Virus record (IMG/VR): IMGVR_UViG_2751185817_000001
Length of the DNA: 64,000 nt
Strand: one strand, 5' to 3'
Source of the DNA: a virus
In this document: positions 1 through 9,950 of the stretch, piece after piece
How the letters are laid out: every line of letters starts with the position of its first letter
Numbering within the stretch: the stretch's first letter is position 1
Notes under the pieces: generated by a model
What the model saw: only the letters and a program-made list of their open reading frames with translations
Told to the model about the DNA's origin: nothing
Databases searched by the model: none
Position numbers and translations under genes: made by a program

Positions 1-1
1 C

Positions 2-511
2 ACGACTGCTAACCTCTGGGGTGGCCCGAGCGTGATGACGCGGGCCCGGATCGACCAGTTCAACGAAGATCTCCAGGCCGAATACGCGAGGTCCGGCATC
101 AACTTCAATCGCGTGCATCCGATCTACATGCCGATCTTCAAGGAGTTTCACGAGCGCCTCAACGCTGACGTGAAGAAGCGCTTCGCCTATCAGCGCAAGT
201 TCCAGCCGCACATGGGTGGAAACATCGACGGCGAGTCCCTCGAATACGCTGCGATGCGTCTCGCCAGGCGCAAGGAAAACCGCAAGGTGATCATCGTCCT
301 GTCCGACGGCTTTCCTGCCGGCGCCACGAACGACGACGCGCACCTGAAATACATGGTTCAGCGCCTCACGAACATGGGCTTCGATCTCGTCGGTATCGGC
401 ATTAAGTCGGCCGCGGTCGAGCGGTTCTACGACAACTACGTCATCCTCAACTCTGTCGAGGAGCTGCCGAAGGCTGTCATGGGTGAGCTGAAAAAGATCC
501 TCATGAAGTGA
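2..511 (+). CDS. CobT-like von Willebrand A domain protein, 5' end outside window
   Basis: Frame is open from the window start; VIIVLSDG MIDAS-type motif and DLVGIGI; directly upstream of a CobS-like AAA+ gene, the usual phage pair. Confidence 0.75.
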   Translation, partial: TTANLWGGPSVMTRARIDQFNEDLQAEYARSGINFNRVHPIYMPIFKEFHERLNADVKKRFAYQRKFQPHMGGNIDGESLEYAAMRLARRKENRKVIIVLSDGFPAGATNDDAHLKYMVQRLTNMGFDLVGIGIKSAAVERFYDNYVILNSVEELPKAVMGELKKILMK

Positions 512-528
512 TCTGGGGATGCAATCGG

Positions 529-586
529 TCAGTAAATACTGATTGCATCCCATATCAGCGCTTGTTAGTAAGTAAATATTGATTGA
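529..586 (+). promoter_or_regulatory. two copies of operator-like motif (consensus CAGTMARTMAATATTGAYTGA)
   Basis: tcagtaaatactgattg (529-545) inside a hairpin; taagtaaatattgattga (569-586). Confidence 0.75.
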
Positions 587-620
587 TAGCGACATAGAGC
601 GCACGACACGGAGACATTCA

Positions 621-1853
621 ATGACGACTGCTACCGAGAACGACGAGATGATCACCTGCGCGATCGACGGCGGGAAGTGCCACTCGATCCGCCTCTATTT
701 GCGTGAAAATCACCCCGACTGGACGGTCGATAAATACAAGGAAGAGTTTCCGGGTCAGCCGGTGCTTTCTGAGCGCGGCCGACAGGCAGCCCTGAGAGCG
801 AAAGCCGCTCAAGATCGCAAGGCGAACGTGCCGCAGCCTGGACACGCATTTGCTTTCGCCGAGCGACCGCTGGCTGAAATCTTCGGGCTCGACGCTTCGA
901 CGGCGCTGTCGTCGACCGGCAATCCGATCATGCTGCGCTGCCTGAGTGAGCATCACCCCGAGGCTGATGCTTATATGAACGCGATCGATGAGGACTACGT
1001 CTTCAACATCGATCTGGTGAAGAAAGTCTGCCTGGGCTTCGAGCTTGCCATGAACGTCTACCTCTGGGGCTTTCACGGCACAGGCAAGACGACCGTGCTT
1101 GAGCAGTGCGCCGCCCGCACCGGTCGCCCGTTCTTGCGCGTGCAGCACACCGGCAACACCGAAGAGGCGCACATTCTCGGTCAGTATGTCGTCAAGACGG
1201 TAATGGTCGATGCGCAGGAGCTCGGCCCCGACGGTAAGATCCATCTCGTCAAGAAGCCGCAGACCGTGACCGAGTTCCAATATGGTCCGCTCGCGATGGC
1301 GATGAAATACGGCATGATCTACTGCGCCGACGAATACGACTTCGCCATGCCGTCCGTGATCGCACTCTACCAGCCGGTGCTCGAGGGCAAGCCGCTTGTC
1401 ATCAAGGATGCGCCCATCGATCAGCGCGTGATCCATCCGCACCCCGACTTCCGCTTCGTTGCGACCGGCAACACCAACGGCGTCGGTGACGAGACTGGCC
1501 TCTACCAAGGCACGATGATTCAGAATGCCGCGTCCTACTCGCGCTTCCATATCACCGAAGAGGTGAAATACATGGACGCGAAGCAGGAAAGCCTTGTGCT
1601 GCGCTCGAAGGCAGGTCTCGGCAAGCCCGACGCCGACAAGTTTGTCAAGATTGCAAACGCCATCCGCGAAAGCTTCTCGAAGGGCGAGCTGTCGATGACG
1701 ATCTCGCCGCGCGAGCTGATCACCGCCGCATCCCTCACCATCGTCTTCGGCAACAACCCGGAGCTCGGCTTCCGGCTCGCGTTCGTCAACCGCTGCTCAC
1801 GTGTCGACCAGGTGACGGTCTCCCAGGTCATTCAGCGTCACTTCGGGTCGTAA
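621..1853 (+). CDS. CobS/MoxR-like AAA+ ATPase
   Basis: Walker A GFHGTGKT, Walker B YCADEYD, ATGNTNG sensor; GGAG before ATG 621; N-terminal C/H cluster. Confidence 0.85.
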   Translation: MTTATENDEMITCAIDGGKCHSIRLYLRENHPDWTVDKYKEEFPGQPVLSERGRQAALRAKAAQDRKANVPQPGHAFAFAERPLAEIFGLDASTALSSTGNPIMLRCLSEHHPEADAYMNAIDEDYVFNIDLVKKVCLGFELAMNVYLWGFHGTGKTTVLEQCAARTGRPFLRVQHTGNTEEAHILGQYVVKTVMVDAQELGPDGKIHLVKKPQTVTEFQYGPLAMAMKYGMIYCADEYDFAMPSVIALYQPVLEGKPLVIKDAPIDQRVIHPHPDFRFVATGNTNGVGDETGLYQGTMIQNAASYSRFHITEEVKYMDAKQESLVLRSKAGLGKPDADKFVKIANAIRESFSKGELSMTISPRELITAASLTIVFGNNPELGFRLAFVNRCSRVDQVTVSQVIQRHFGS

Positions 1854-1855
1854 TC

Positions 1856-2488
1856 ATGATCGACCACAAGGAAAGCGCCGAACTGATCAAGCGCCTGTCC
1901 TGGTCGATCGCACGTAAGCTTCACGGCTCTGGCGCGATGTCCATGAGCCGTGAGGACGTCGAGCAGGAGTTGTGGTGCATCTGGTGTCGCGCACGCGACA
2001 CGTTCGACCCGACCCTCGGTGTGCCTTTCAGAGCCTATCTGCTTGAAGGCATCCGGATCTCGAAACTCGCGATCAACCGGCAGATGTTCAAGCGCATCGA
2101 CGAGGAGCGCGCCAAAAGCCTCGATGCTCCGATCGGCGACGATGACGAGATGGGCAGTTTGATCGACGTCATCGCGTCCGACGATACGACGGCCGAGACG
2201 AAGATGGTCGAGGAGACGCACCTGAACTGGGCTTTGCGCCGGCTGAGCGCCCGCGCTGCGCTGTTCCTGAAGCTCCTCTACGAGCAGCCGCCCGAGCTCC
2301 TCGAGCAAATGCGTCTGCTGAAGGCGCGCGCTGATTACGCCAAGTCGATCGGCGCGCCCAACATTCTCGCCAGCCACATCACGACGGCATTCGTATTTCG
2401 CGTGATGAACGCTGATCGCCCCGAACGCACGAAGATCCTCGCTGAGCTGCGCAAGCTCTCCGAGCGAGTTCAAAGGACTGCAGCATGA
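1856..2488 (+). CDS. RNA polymerase sigma-factor-like protein
   Basis: Region 2-like segment REDVEQELWCIWCRARDTFDPTLGVPFRAYL followed by SLDAPIGDD. Confidence 0.6.
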   Translation: MIDHKESAELIKRLSWSIARKLHGSGAMSMSREDVEQELWCIWCRARDTFDPTLGVPFRAYLLEGIRISKLAINRQMFKRIDEERAKSLDAPIGDDDEMGSLIDVIASDDTTAETKMVEETHLNWALRRLSARAALFLKLLYEQPPELLEQMRLLKARADYAKSIGAPNILASHITTAFVFRVMNADRPERTKILAELRKLSERVQRTAA

Positions 2489-3015
2489 ACGTCATTATCC
2501 CTCCTTTTGCGCCAGGCTGCTTTGGTTCGGCACTTGCGTTCGACGATCAGGCCCCGGTCTGCTCGGTCTGCAAGTTCGCCGAGTCCTGCCGCCCGCTGCA
2601 CGAACACAATCTTCAAATCCTGCGCGATCGCGTTGGTGTGAAGGGTAAGGGGTCGAAGAAAGCCAAGAACCCACTCGTCGATCGTCCTCCGGCTGATCCC
2701 GCAAAGCTCACCGTGCCCAAGAAGGTCCAGGAGCTCGTCGACAAGTTGGACAAGTCGAACCTGCGCGTAACCGAGAGCTTCACCAAGGGCGTCAATCCAT
2801 TTGCCTCGTCCTCGAGCTTTTTGAAGATCGCTGGGCACCTGCTCTTGAAGTTGCGCCAGCCGCTCGATCGCCAGACGCTCGCCTATGCATTCACCTCGAA
2901 GCTCGGCTGGACCGAAGGCACGGCAGACAGTCACGCGCGCATGACGATCCAGGCGCTCACCCATATCGGCGCTGTCGTCAACATCGACGGTCTGATCTCT
3001 CTGAGGAGAGGCTGA
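2485..3015 (+). CDS. hypothetical protein with N-terminal 4-Cys cluster
   Basis: PGCFG...CSVCKFAESC; ATGA overlap with upstream gene. Confidence 0.7.
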   Translation: MNVIIPPFAPGCFGSALAFDDQAPVCSVCKFAESCRPLHEHNLQILRDRVGVKGKGSKKAKNPLVDRPPADPAKLTVPKKVQELVDKLDKSNLRVTESFTKGVNPFASSSSFLKIAGHLLLKLRQPLDRQTLAYAFTSKLGWTEGTADSHARMTIQALTHIGAVVNIDGLISLRRG

Positions 3016-3252
3016 TTGGCAGGCATTCGCTTTCGTTTCACGGTGCTCCCATACGGCAATACCCATGTCGCAGCAGGTGTCTGCGATATCGTCTCCTTCG
3101 ACACGCCGACCCCGCCTCATCCGGAATTGATGCGGCAGATCGAAGAAGCCTTGGGTGCCGACTGGGAGCCCCTCATTCACTCGTGGGAGTTCCGCGAGGA
3201 CATCAACCTTCCGGCGTTTGGCCTGACTGACTTCAAGGAGCTTCCCATCTAA
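3016..3252 (+). CDS. hypothetical protein
   Basis: Fills the operon gap; GAGG RBS, TTG start, stop overlaps dnaE start. Confidence 0.6.
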   Translation: MAGIRFRFTVLPYGNTHVAAGVCDIVSFDTPTPPHPELMRQIEEALGADWEPLIHSWEFREDINLPAFGLTDFKELPI

Positions 3253-6200
3253 TGCACGCTATCCTCGCAGCTCGAACCGACTTCTCTCTGGGCGAAAGCA
3301 TCCTCAATGCAGAGATGCTTGTCGACATCGCCAAGACGCAAGGGGCAAGTGTCGTCGCTATCACCGACACCATGTCCGTCACTGGTCTCGTCGACTTCAC
3401 CAATCGCGCCAAGAAGGCCGAGGTGAAGCCGATCATCGGCGTGCGTCTCCGTCTGTCCGAGGATCCGACCTGGCGCCCGGCCAAGGGTCAGAAAAAGAAG
3501 CATATGCCGCCCGAGCACTTCCTCACGGCTTATGTGCTGTCGGAGACCGGGATGAAGACCATCTACCGGCTTCTCACAAAGGCCAATACAGGCGACTCTG
3601 AGGACGCTGCCGGCAATAAGGTGCCTGGACGCTACTACTACACCGCAAAGCTCGCCTACGACGATCTGTGGGACGAACTGAACGTGATTGGCGCCGGACA
3701 CCTGGCCTTCCACCTCGGTGACACGCACGGCGTCATCATGCGTGCCGATGCCGACGACATCGTCGCCAAGCTGATTGACTTTGCGCACCCGCATTATGTC
3801 TTTGCGCCGCTGATCCCGGTCGACACGCCCTATTTCGGCGCCGTCAACAAACGCTCGGCCGCTCTGATCGCCAAACACGACATTTCGCCGCTCGTGATCC
3901 GCCCCGCCTTCTACGAAGAGGAGCAGGCTGACGCACACGAGGTCATGGGTGCGATCGCCAATGGCAACAAGGTCACGGACGGCTGGCACAAGTCGATGCA
4001 CAATCGCGACTTTCACGTGCTGAAGGCGACCGATCTCGGCAAGGAGGTCATGAAGGCCGCAAAGCACCTGTCGATGCGCGGCATCACAGGCGCCGGCACG
4101 CTGTTCAAGCAAGGGCTCGCCAATACTGACCGCCTGGCAGATATGGTCGAATACGAGTGGTCGAAACAGCCCGTCTCATTGCCGGTGATGGCGCCGGATG
4201 AGTTCGCCAAGCTCGTCGAGGAGTGTAAGGCAGGTTGGAAGGTCCGTTTCAGCCAGGAGAGCTTCGGGCATAAGCCGAGCCAGCAAGAGCTGATCGACGT
4301 CTACAAGCCGCGTCTCGCCTACGAGCTCGAAACCCTCAAGAAGCTGTCATTCGCGGGCTACTTCCTGCTTGTGCAGGACGTGGTGCAGTTCTCCAAACAA
4401 AACGGCATTCTCGTCGGACCTGGTCGCGGCTCTGTCGGTGGCTCGCTCGTCGCTTATCTCATGGGTATCACTGACTGCGATCCGATCCGCTTTGGCCTGC
4501 TGTTCGAACGCTTTATCAACCCCGAACGTCTCGACTTGCCAGACGCCGACTTGGACTTCATGTCCACGCGCCGGCACGAGGTCGTCGAATACCTCATTCA
4601 GAAATACGGCGAGAAGCGCGTCGCCGGCGTGTCGAACTTCGGCACCCTTGCGGCTGCATCCTCGATCCGCGACGTCGGGCGCACCTTCGGCATTCCCGAG
4701 AAGGAATATGCCATCTCCAAGCTCGTGCCGAAAAAGCACGGCGCGAACGTTCCCCTGCCCGAATGCCGCATTGAAGTCGGCGAAATTGACGAGTTCGCTC
4801 ACAAGTATCCGGCGCACTGGGACATCATGGAGCGCATCGAAGGCACGATCCGCAATATGAGCCAGCACGCAGCCGGCATCGTTGTTAGTGAGTGCGATCT
4901 GGTCGAGCGCGCGGTCATTGAGCGTCGAAAAGGCGACTCCGCGGTCGTGTGCTGGGACAAGCGCATCGTTGAGGATCAAGGCCTGGTCAAAATGGACATT
5001 CTGGGTCTGTCGACCCTGGATCTGATCGCCCTCGTCCAGCAATACATCTTCGAGCGCCACGCCAAGAAGATCAATCTGATGAAGGTGCCGCTGGACGATG
5101 AAGCGGTGCTGAAGAACTTTGCCGCGGGTCTGACGACAGGCGTGTTCCAGTTCGAAAGCTCCGGTATGCGCAAACTGCTGCGCGAGCTCGGCGCGGACGG
5201 CTGCATCACCTTCGATGATATCACCGCAGCGACCGCTCTCTACCGACCTGGCCCGATGGAGTCAGGCATGATGGACAGCTATTACAAGCGCAAGCAGGGC
5301 AACGAGACGGTCGACTACGACCATCCGCTGATGGAAGACGTGCTGCGCGAAACATACGGCGTCATCGTCTACCAGGAGCAGGTCATGAAGACCTCGCAAG
5401 TCGTATCGGGCTACTCCGGTGCCGACGCTGACAAGCTCCGCAAGATCATGGGTAAGAAATTGCCCGAAGAGATGAAGAAGGAGCGCGGCAAGTTCGTCGA
5501 TGGTGCGGTCAAGACGATCGGCTGCACAGAGGAGTGGGCCGGCGCCCTGTTCGACAAGATCGAAGGCTTCGCCGGCTACGGCTTCAACAAGAGCCACTCG
5601 GTCGAATATTCGCTGATCTCCTGGCAATCCATGTGGCTGAAGACGCACTATCCGGTCGAGTTCTTTGCCGCTGCGCTGACGCTGATGGACGAGGACAAGC
5701 TCCCTGCCCTTCTGCGCGACGCAAGCCGTTTCGGCATCGACGTGAACATGCCCGATATCAACATTTCGACCGAGAGGTTTGAGATCGTGACCGACGTGCG
5801 CATGGTCATGCCGTTCCAGCGCATCAAGGGCGTGTCTTCGAACACCACGAAAGCCATCCTCGACGCGAGGAACGCGGTCGATCCCACGACGGGCCACCCT
5901 ATCGGCAAGTTCAAGAGCAAGGCTGACTTCCTCGAGCGCGTGAACAAGACCAAATGCAACAAGCGGCATCAGGAGAATCTCGATCTCGTCGGAGCGTTCT
6001 CACGCATCGAGATGAGCCAGGCGCCGGCCAATGATCCGAGCCGCATTCGTGACCAGCTCGAGCTTCTGCCAGGCCTTGTGACGGCGACGGTGCCGGTCGC
6101 GCGCTCGATGGAGCGTGATAAGGCGACGAAGGACGCGATCGCGCAGGTGATCGAGGACTACAAGGGCGAGCTTTCCGAGGATGGCATCATGGTCATGCCT

Positions 6201-6665
6201 CACTTCGGCAAGAGCGCCGAGTTCATGATCATCACGGACGCGCCCAACAACCCGGAAGAGCAGGAAGGCATGATGTCGATCGGCAAGGCGTCGGCGCCGG
6301 TCATCGACGCGCTGATGGTGCATGAGCTCGATCGCAAGACCTTCTACTGGACGGCCATGCTGAAGCGACCGAAGTCCGGCAAGATGATCTCGATGGATGA
6401 GATCCGCATGTATCTGCCCTACCTCGAGCGCGAGATCGATATCCTCAAGCCTCCGATCATCGTGCTGCTCGGCTCGACGATCGTCCGGCACTTCCTGCCT
6501 GACTTCAAGGGCAAGGCGTCCGATGTCGCCGGCAAGATCGTCTACCACAAGGAGCTCGATGCGAATCTGGTGATCGGCTTCAATCCCGGCGAAATCTACT
6601 ATGCACCAGAGAAACAGGAGTTGATGGAAACCGTCTTTGCGTCGGTCGTCGATCTCCTCGACTAG
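3252..6665 (+). CDS. dnaE: DNA polymerase III alpha subunit (family C) with C-terminal UDG-like domain
   Basis: PHP start (ARTDFSLGES, AITD), GPGRGSVGGSLVAY, RLDLPDADLDF, HAAGIV, KMDILGL, GVFQFES, ALYRPGPM, YGFNKSHS; last ~165 aa resemble family-4 UDG. Confidence 0.95.
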   Translation: MHAILAARTDFSLGESILNAEMLVDIAKTQGASVVAITDTMSVTGLVDFTNRAKKAEVKPIIGVRLRLSEDPTWRPAKGQKKKHMPPEHFLTAYVLSETGMKTIYRLLTKANTGDSEDAAGNKVPGRYYYTAKLAYDDLWDELNVIGAGHLAFHLGDTHGVIMRADADDIVAKLIDFAHPHYVFAPLIPVDTPYFGAVNKRSAALIAKHDISPLVIRPAFYEEEQADAHEVMGAIANGNKVTDGWHKSMHNRDFHVLKATDLGKEVMKAAKHLSMRGITGAGTLFKQGLANTDRLADMVEYEWSKQPVSLPVMAPDEFAKLVEECKAGWKVRFSQESFGHKPSQQELIDVYKPRLAYELETLKKLSFAGYFLLVQDVVQFSKQNGILVGPGRGSVGGSLVAYLMGITDCDPIRFGLLFERFINPERLDLPDADLDFMSTRRHEVVEYLIQKYGEKRVAGVSNFGTLAAASSIRDVGRTFGIPEKEYAISKLVPKKHGANVPLPECRIEVGEIDEFAHKYPAHWDIMERIEGTIRNMSQHAAGIVVSECDLVERAVIERRKGDSAVVCWDKRIVEDQGLVKMDILGLSTLDLIALVQQYIFERHAKKINLMKVPLDDEAVLKNFAAGLTTGVFQFESSGMRKLLRELGADGCITFDDITAATALYRPGPMESGMMDSYYKRKQGNETVDYDHPLMEDVLRETYGVIVYQEQVMKTSQVVSGYSGADADKLRKIMGKKLPEEMKKERGKFVDGAVKTIGCTEEWAGALFDKIEGFAGYGFNKSHSVEYSLISWQSMWLKTHYPVEFFAAALTLMDEDKLPALLRDASRFGIDVNMPDINISTERFEIVTDVRMVMPFQRIKGVSSNTTKAILDARNAVDPTTGHPIGKFKSKADFLERVNKTKCNKRHQENLDLVGAFSRIEMSQAPANDPSRIRDQLELLPGLVTATVPVARSMERDKATKDAIAQVIEDYKGELSEDGIMVMPHFGKSAEFMIITDAPNNPEEQEGMMSIGKASAPVIDALMVHELDRKTFYWTAMLKRPKSGKMISMDEIRMYLPYLEREIDILKPPIIVLLGSTIVRHFLPDFKGKASDVAGKIVYHKELDANLVIGFNPGEIYYAPEKQELMETVFASVVDLLD

Positions 6666-6723
6666 CCACCCGAACCCCGCGCGTCGAAGCGCTATTCTAT
6701 AAACGCGATCAAAGGAGTTGATC

Positions 6724-7266
6724 ATGAGTGACGATACAGAAGCAGAAAAGAAGGCGGTCGCCAAAATCACGGTGCGGAACTACGTCGACACGGCTGAGCT
6801 GAAGAAGGATCTCGGCTACACACTTGTCGATATCTCCGGCGCCCAGGCCGAGCAGGCGCAATTGTTCGCCCACTACGGCGTCCAGGCAGCCAAAGCCGCG
6901 CGCCAGGTGGATAATATCAAGCTGCTGCTGGAGAACGCCGAGGCGGCTGTCTATCGCGTATTGCGCGACAAGATGGTTGCGGCCGGCGAGAAGGTGACAG
7001 AGGCGCTGCTCGACAAGTTGGTGACGCGCCACGAGCGTGTGACTGCGGTCAAGAAGGCGCTCAATGAGGCCAAGCAGATCGAGGCGATCGCAAAGACCGC
7101 GGTTGAGGCGTTCCGGCATCGAAAGGACATGCTTGTGCAGCATGGCGCAACCGAGCGCGAGGAGATGAAGGGCGAGCTTGTGACGAAGCTGCGCTCGAGC
7201 CGTGAAGAGGATCTGACGAACCTCAAGGAAGGCTACCTGAAGCGCGTCGCGCAAAACGCCGCATAA
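6724..7266 (+). CDS. coiled-coil protein, possibly a UvsY-like recombination mediator
   Basis: GGAG RBS; helical heptads; position between polymerase and SSB; UvsY similarity is only an impression. Confidence 0.6.
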   Translation: MSDDTEAEKKAVAKITVRNYVDTAELKKDLGYTLVDISGAQAEQAQLFAHYGVQAAKAARQVDNIKLLLENAEAAVYRVLRDKMVAAGEKVTEALLDKLVTRHERVTAVKKALNEAKQIEAIAKTAVEAFRHRKDMLVQHGATEREEMKGELVTKLRSSREEDLTNLKEGYLKRVAQNAA

Positions 7267-7301
7267 ATTTTACGCAATCCGTCTGTTTTTCAGCTATTCA
7301 A

Positions 7302-7325
7302 CAGTCAGTCAATATTGACTGACTG
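7302..7325. promoter_or_regulatory. operator-like motif, perfect 24-bp palindrome
   Basis: CAGTCAGTCAATATTGACTGACTG, directly after GCTATT. Confidence 0.85.
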
Positions 7326-7344
7326 GAACACACAGGAACCCCAG

Positions 7345-7581
7345 ATGAGCAAGTTTCTCCAGAAATTCCGCACCATTTTCCGCCGCGACCGTTCGGTTGA
7401 CACGATCCTCAAGCCGCTGACCAAGATCTCCAACGATCTCGCCCAGCACGAGCAGGAGCAGCTTCGCCGCGCCGACGCCAAGCGCGTCGCTGCCAACAAG
7501 GCTCTGTCCGCTGAAAACGACGCACGCGACGCCGCTGTCCGCGCTGCCGAAAAGCGCGCCAAGCTCTCGGTTTTCGCCTGA
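7345..7581 (+). CDS. small coiled-coil hypothetical protein
   Basis: AGGA RBS; follows operator palindrome at 7302. Confidence 0.6.
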   Translation: MSKFLQKFRTIFRRDRSVDTILKPLTKISNDLAQHEQEQLRRADAKRVAANKALSAENDARDAAVRAAEKRAKLSVFA

Positions 7582-7711
7582 AATAATCCTCGAGATTTTT
7601 CGCGCAACCCGATGAAAAGCTGACTATTCTATTCTTAGCGATTTAGCGAAATCGCTAAGTCGAAAAGTAGCAAAGCACCAACCTACCAGCCTACGAAAAG
7701 GAAAAATCGAT

Positions 7712-8641
7712 ATGGCACTCTCTCCCGCACTGCAGAAGCTCGTTTCCCAAGGCGCAAACAAGTATTCGCGCTCCACTGGCGAGCGGATCAAGCCGAAGGA
7801 AGGTATCAACCGATACCGCGTCCTCGTGCCTGATGTGAATGCCCAGTTCTGGGCCGACCTCGGCGTCCACTGGATCAAGCCCGAAGTCGAAGGCAAGGCC
7901 AAGCCCATCGCCGTCGTCGGTTGCCCCGACGTTTGCTTCCAGCAGCCGTGCGAAATCGACACCGCGATCAACGAGGCGATCTCGTCCGCGATCGACGAAG
8001 ATTCCAAGAAGCTCTACGAGTCCTGGCGCGCTCGCAAGACCGTTCTCCTGAATGTCCTCGATCGCTCGAAGGGCTCGACTGATGTCGACAAGGTCCAGAT
8101 CCTCGAGATCACGACCGGCACCTTCGGCTCCATCCTGAATATCATTCAGCAGTATGCCGAAGAAGGCGAAGACATTCTCGACGCAGCAGGCGGCATGGAT
8201 ATCGCGATCACCCGCACCGGCAAGGGTCTCCAGACCGAATACGCCGTCAATATCGCGCCTGGCGCTTCCAAGCCGGTCACGAAGCAGCATCTCACCGACT
8301 GCCACAACCTGACTGACCACATCAACAAGGAGTTCTTCAAGGGCGACGAGAAGAAGGCCTTGAACTTCATCAGCCAGGTGGCTCAGGTTTCGCTCCCGCG
8401 TCTCGCCTCGAAGACGCCGACCGCAGCGCTGACCTCGCGTGCGGCCCAGGTCGACCCGGAAGTCGATGCTGACGCACTCGCTGACGCGCTCGATCTCGAA
8501 GAGGCGCCGGCTGAAGAAGCGCCGGCTCCCGTCAAGACTGCTGCTGCAACCACTTCGTCCGCTGCCCCGGCTGAAGAAGTCGAAGTCGCCCTCGACGACA
8601 ACGACCTCGAAGACGTTCTGGCAGACCTGGACAACATCTAA
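7712..8641 (+). CDS. single-stranded DNA-binding protein (gp32-like)
   Basis: RYRVL...FW..LGVHWI, C/C zinc-like residues, DI.ITRTGKGLQTEY, long acidic C-terminal tail; replication context. Confidence 0.7.
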   Translation: MALSPALQKLVSQGANKYSRSTGERIKPKEGINRYRVLVPDVNAQFWADLGVHWIKPEVEGKAKPIAVVGCPDVCFQQPCEIDTAINEAISSAIDEDSKKLYESWRARKTVLLNVLDRSKGSTDVDKVQILEITTGTFGSILNIIQQYAEEGEDILDAAGGMDIAITRTGKGLQTEYAVNIAPGASKPVTKQHLTDCHNLTDHINKEFFKGDEKKALNFISQVAQVSLPRLASKTPTAALTSRAAQVDPEVDADALADALDLEEAPAEEAPAPVKTAAATTSSAAPAEEVEVALDDNDLEDVLADLDNI

Positions 8642-8645
8642 GTCG

Positions 8646-8760
8646 TCACTGCGCCGCGCGTTAGAGCGCAGTGATCTCGTGCCTGGCAAGTCGCGCTGCC
8701 AGGCACGTTCGTCAGGAGGCCGTGTTTCTGTCTCCTCGTTCCGCTTGCGGCCTCCTGACG
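8646..8760 (+). other. three consecutive stem-loops in the SSB to exonuclease intergenic region
   Basis: 8646-54/8666-74 (9 bp), 8678-88/8697-8707 (11 bp) and 8710-22/8748-60 (13 bp) are perfect inverted repeats. Confidence 0.8.
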
Positions 8761-8790
8761 CTCCTATTCTCCAAAATTCAAAGGTTTGAA

Positions 8791-9750
8791 ATGTCCAGGT
8801 ATCTGCTGATCGACGGCATGAATATTGCTCATGCGGCCAACAACTCGAAGATCCTCACGGTTGGCAACACGCAGGTTCAGGCAATCTACCACTTCATCAA
8901 GATCGTCCGAAAGCTCGTCGCAGCCTACCCGACCGCAAAGCCCGCGGTGCTCTGGGATGGCGCGTCCTGGCGCTACATGGACTATCCGGACTACAAGTCC
9001 AACCGCAAGAAGGAAGACACCCCGTCCGCGATCAAGGCTGCAGAAGCGAAGAAGGCCGCTGAAAGCCAGATCCCGGCGATCAAGAAGGCAATGCAGCTCA
9101 TTGGCATGCCCCAGGTGCGCGCTTCGAATATGGAAGCTGACGACCTGGCCGGCATCATGGGTGATCGCTACGCCGGCAAGGGCGCAAAGGTCATTCTCGT
9201 CTCGGGCGACAAGGACTGGGTGCAGCTCGTCAATCAGAACATCATCTGGTTCGATCCGATCCGCGACCGCAAGATCATGAAGCCGGCCGACATGCTCGAC
9301 GCGCTCGGCTACGATCTCGAAAGCTTCGAAGCATTCCTCGAAATGAAGTGCCTGATGGGTGACACCGGCGATGGTATCGGTGGCGTCGGTGGCATTGGTG
9401 ACAAGGGTGCGATCGAGTTCCTCAAGGCGTATGGCTCGACAGTCAACTTCTCCAACATGCTGCTCGACAAGACGCTTGATCCGAAGAAGGTGCCGAAGAA
9501 ATATCGCGACTTCGCTGAGAGCGAGGACAAGCAGATTATCTTCCGGCGCAATCGCAAGCTGATGGATCTGCGCACGCCGCTGCGTCCCGAGCCCGTCAAT
9601 CTGAGGGTTGATAGCGGCGAGCCCGACATCGAGCGCTTCCGCACCTTCTGCAACCGACTGATGTTCCGCTCGATCACAAAGGATCTCGAGAGCTGGGTAT
9701 CGGTGTTCCCCGCATTCCATCACCTACAGGAGGAGCTCGCAGCCGCATGA
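8791..9750 (+). CDS. 5'-3' exonuclease / RNase H (PolA N-terminal, T4 rnh-like)
   Basis: LLIDGMN, VLWDG..WR...YPDYKSNR, MEADDL, VSGDKDWVQL, LMGDTGDGIGGVGGIGDKGA. Confidence 0.92.
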   Translation: MSRYLLIDGMNIAHAANNSKILTVGNTQVQAIYHFIKIVRKLVAAYPTAKPAVLWDGASWRYMDYPDYKSNRKKEDTPSAIKAAEAKKAAESQIPAIKKAMQLIGMPQVRASNMEADDLAGIMGDRYAGKGAKVILVSGDKDWVQLVNQNIIWFDPIRDRKIMKPADMLDALGYDLESFEAFLEMKCLMGDTGDGIGGVGGIGDKGAIEFLKAYGSTVNFSNMLLDKTLDPKKVPKKYRDFAESEDKQIIFRRNRKLMDLRTPLRPEPVNLRVDSGEPDIERFRTFCNRLMFRSITKDLESWVSVFPAFHHLQEELAAA

Positions 9751-9950
9751 TGTATCTCGCTGCATTTGGTTCCGTGTGCATCTACGTCGCAATGACGGTG
9801 TTCACGGTCCATCTACTCACTACCCGCTTCGAAGGGGTTCGAACTGAGCGCGTCGCGCTCGCCTCAGCCCTTTGGTTCGTGTTCTGGCCCTACGTGGTCT
9901 TCAGCACATTCTTTGAATACTTCCGGAGGCGTCTGCAATATGTCCGATGA
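9747..9950 (+). CDS. small membrane protein
   Basis: Two hydrophobic segments; coupled start. Confidence 0.65.
   Translation: MMYLAAFGSVCIYVAMTVFTVHLLTTRFEGVRTERVALASALWFVFWPYVVFSTFFEYFRRRLQYVR

Noticed and set aside
2-1853. Cobalamin biosynthesis linked to class II RNR
   Set aside because: No CobN or other cob genes; phage CobS/CobT-like pairs are better read as generic MoxR-vWA chaperones.
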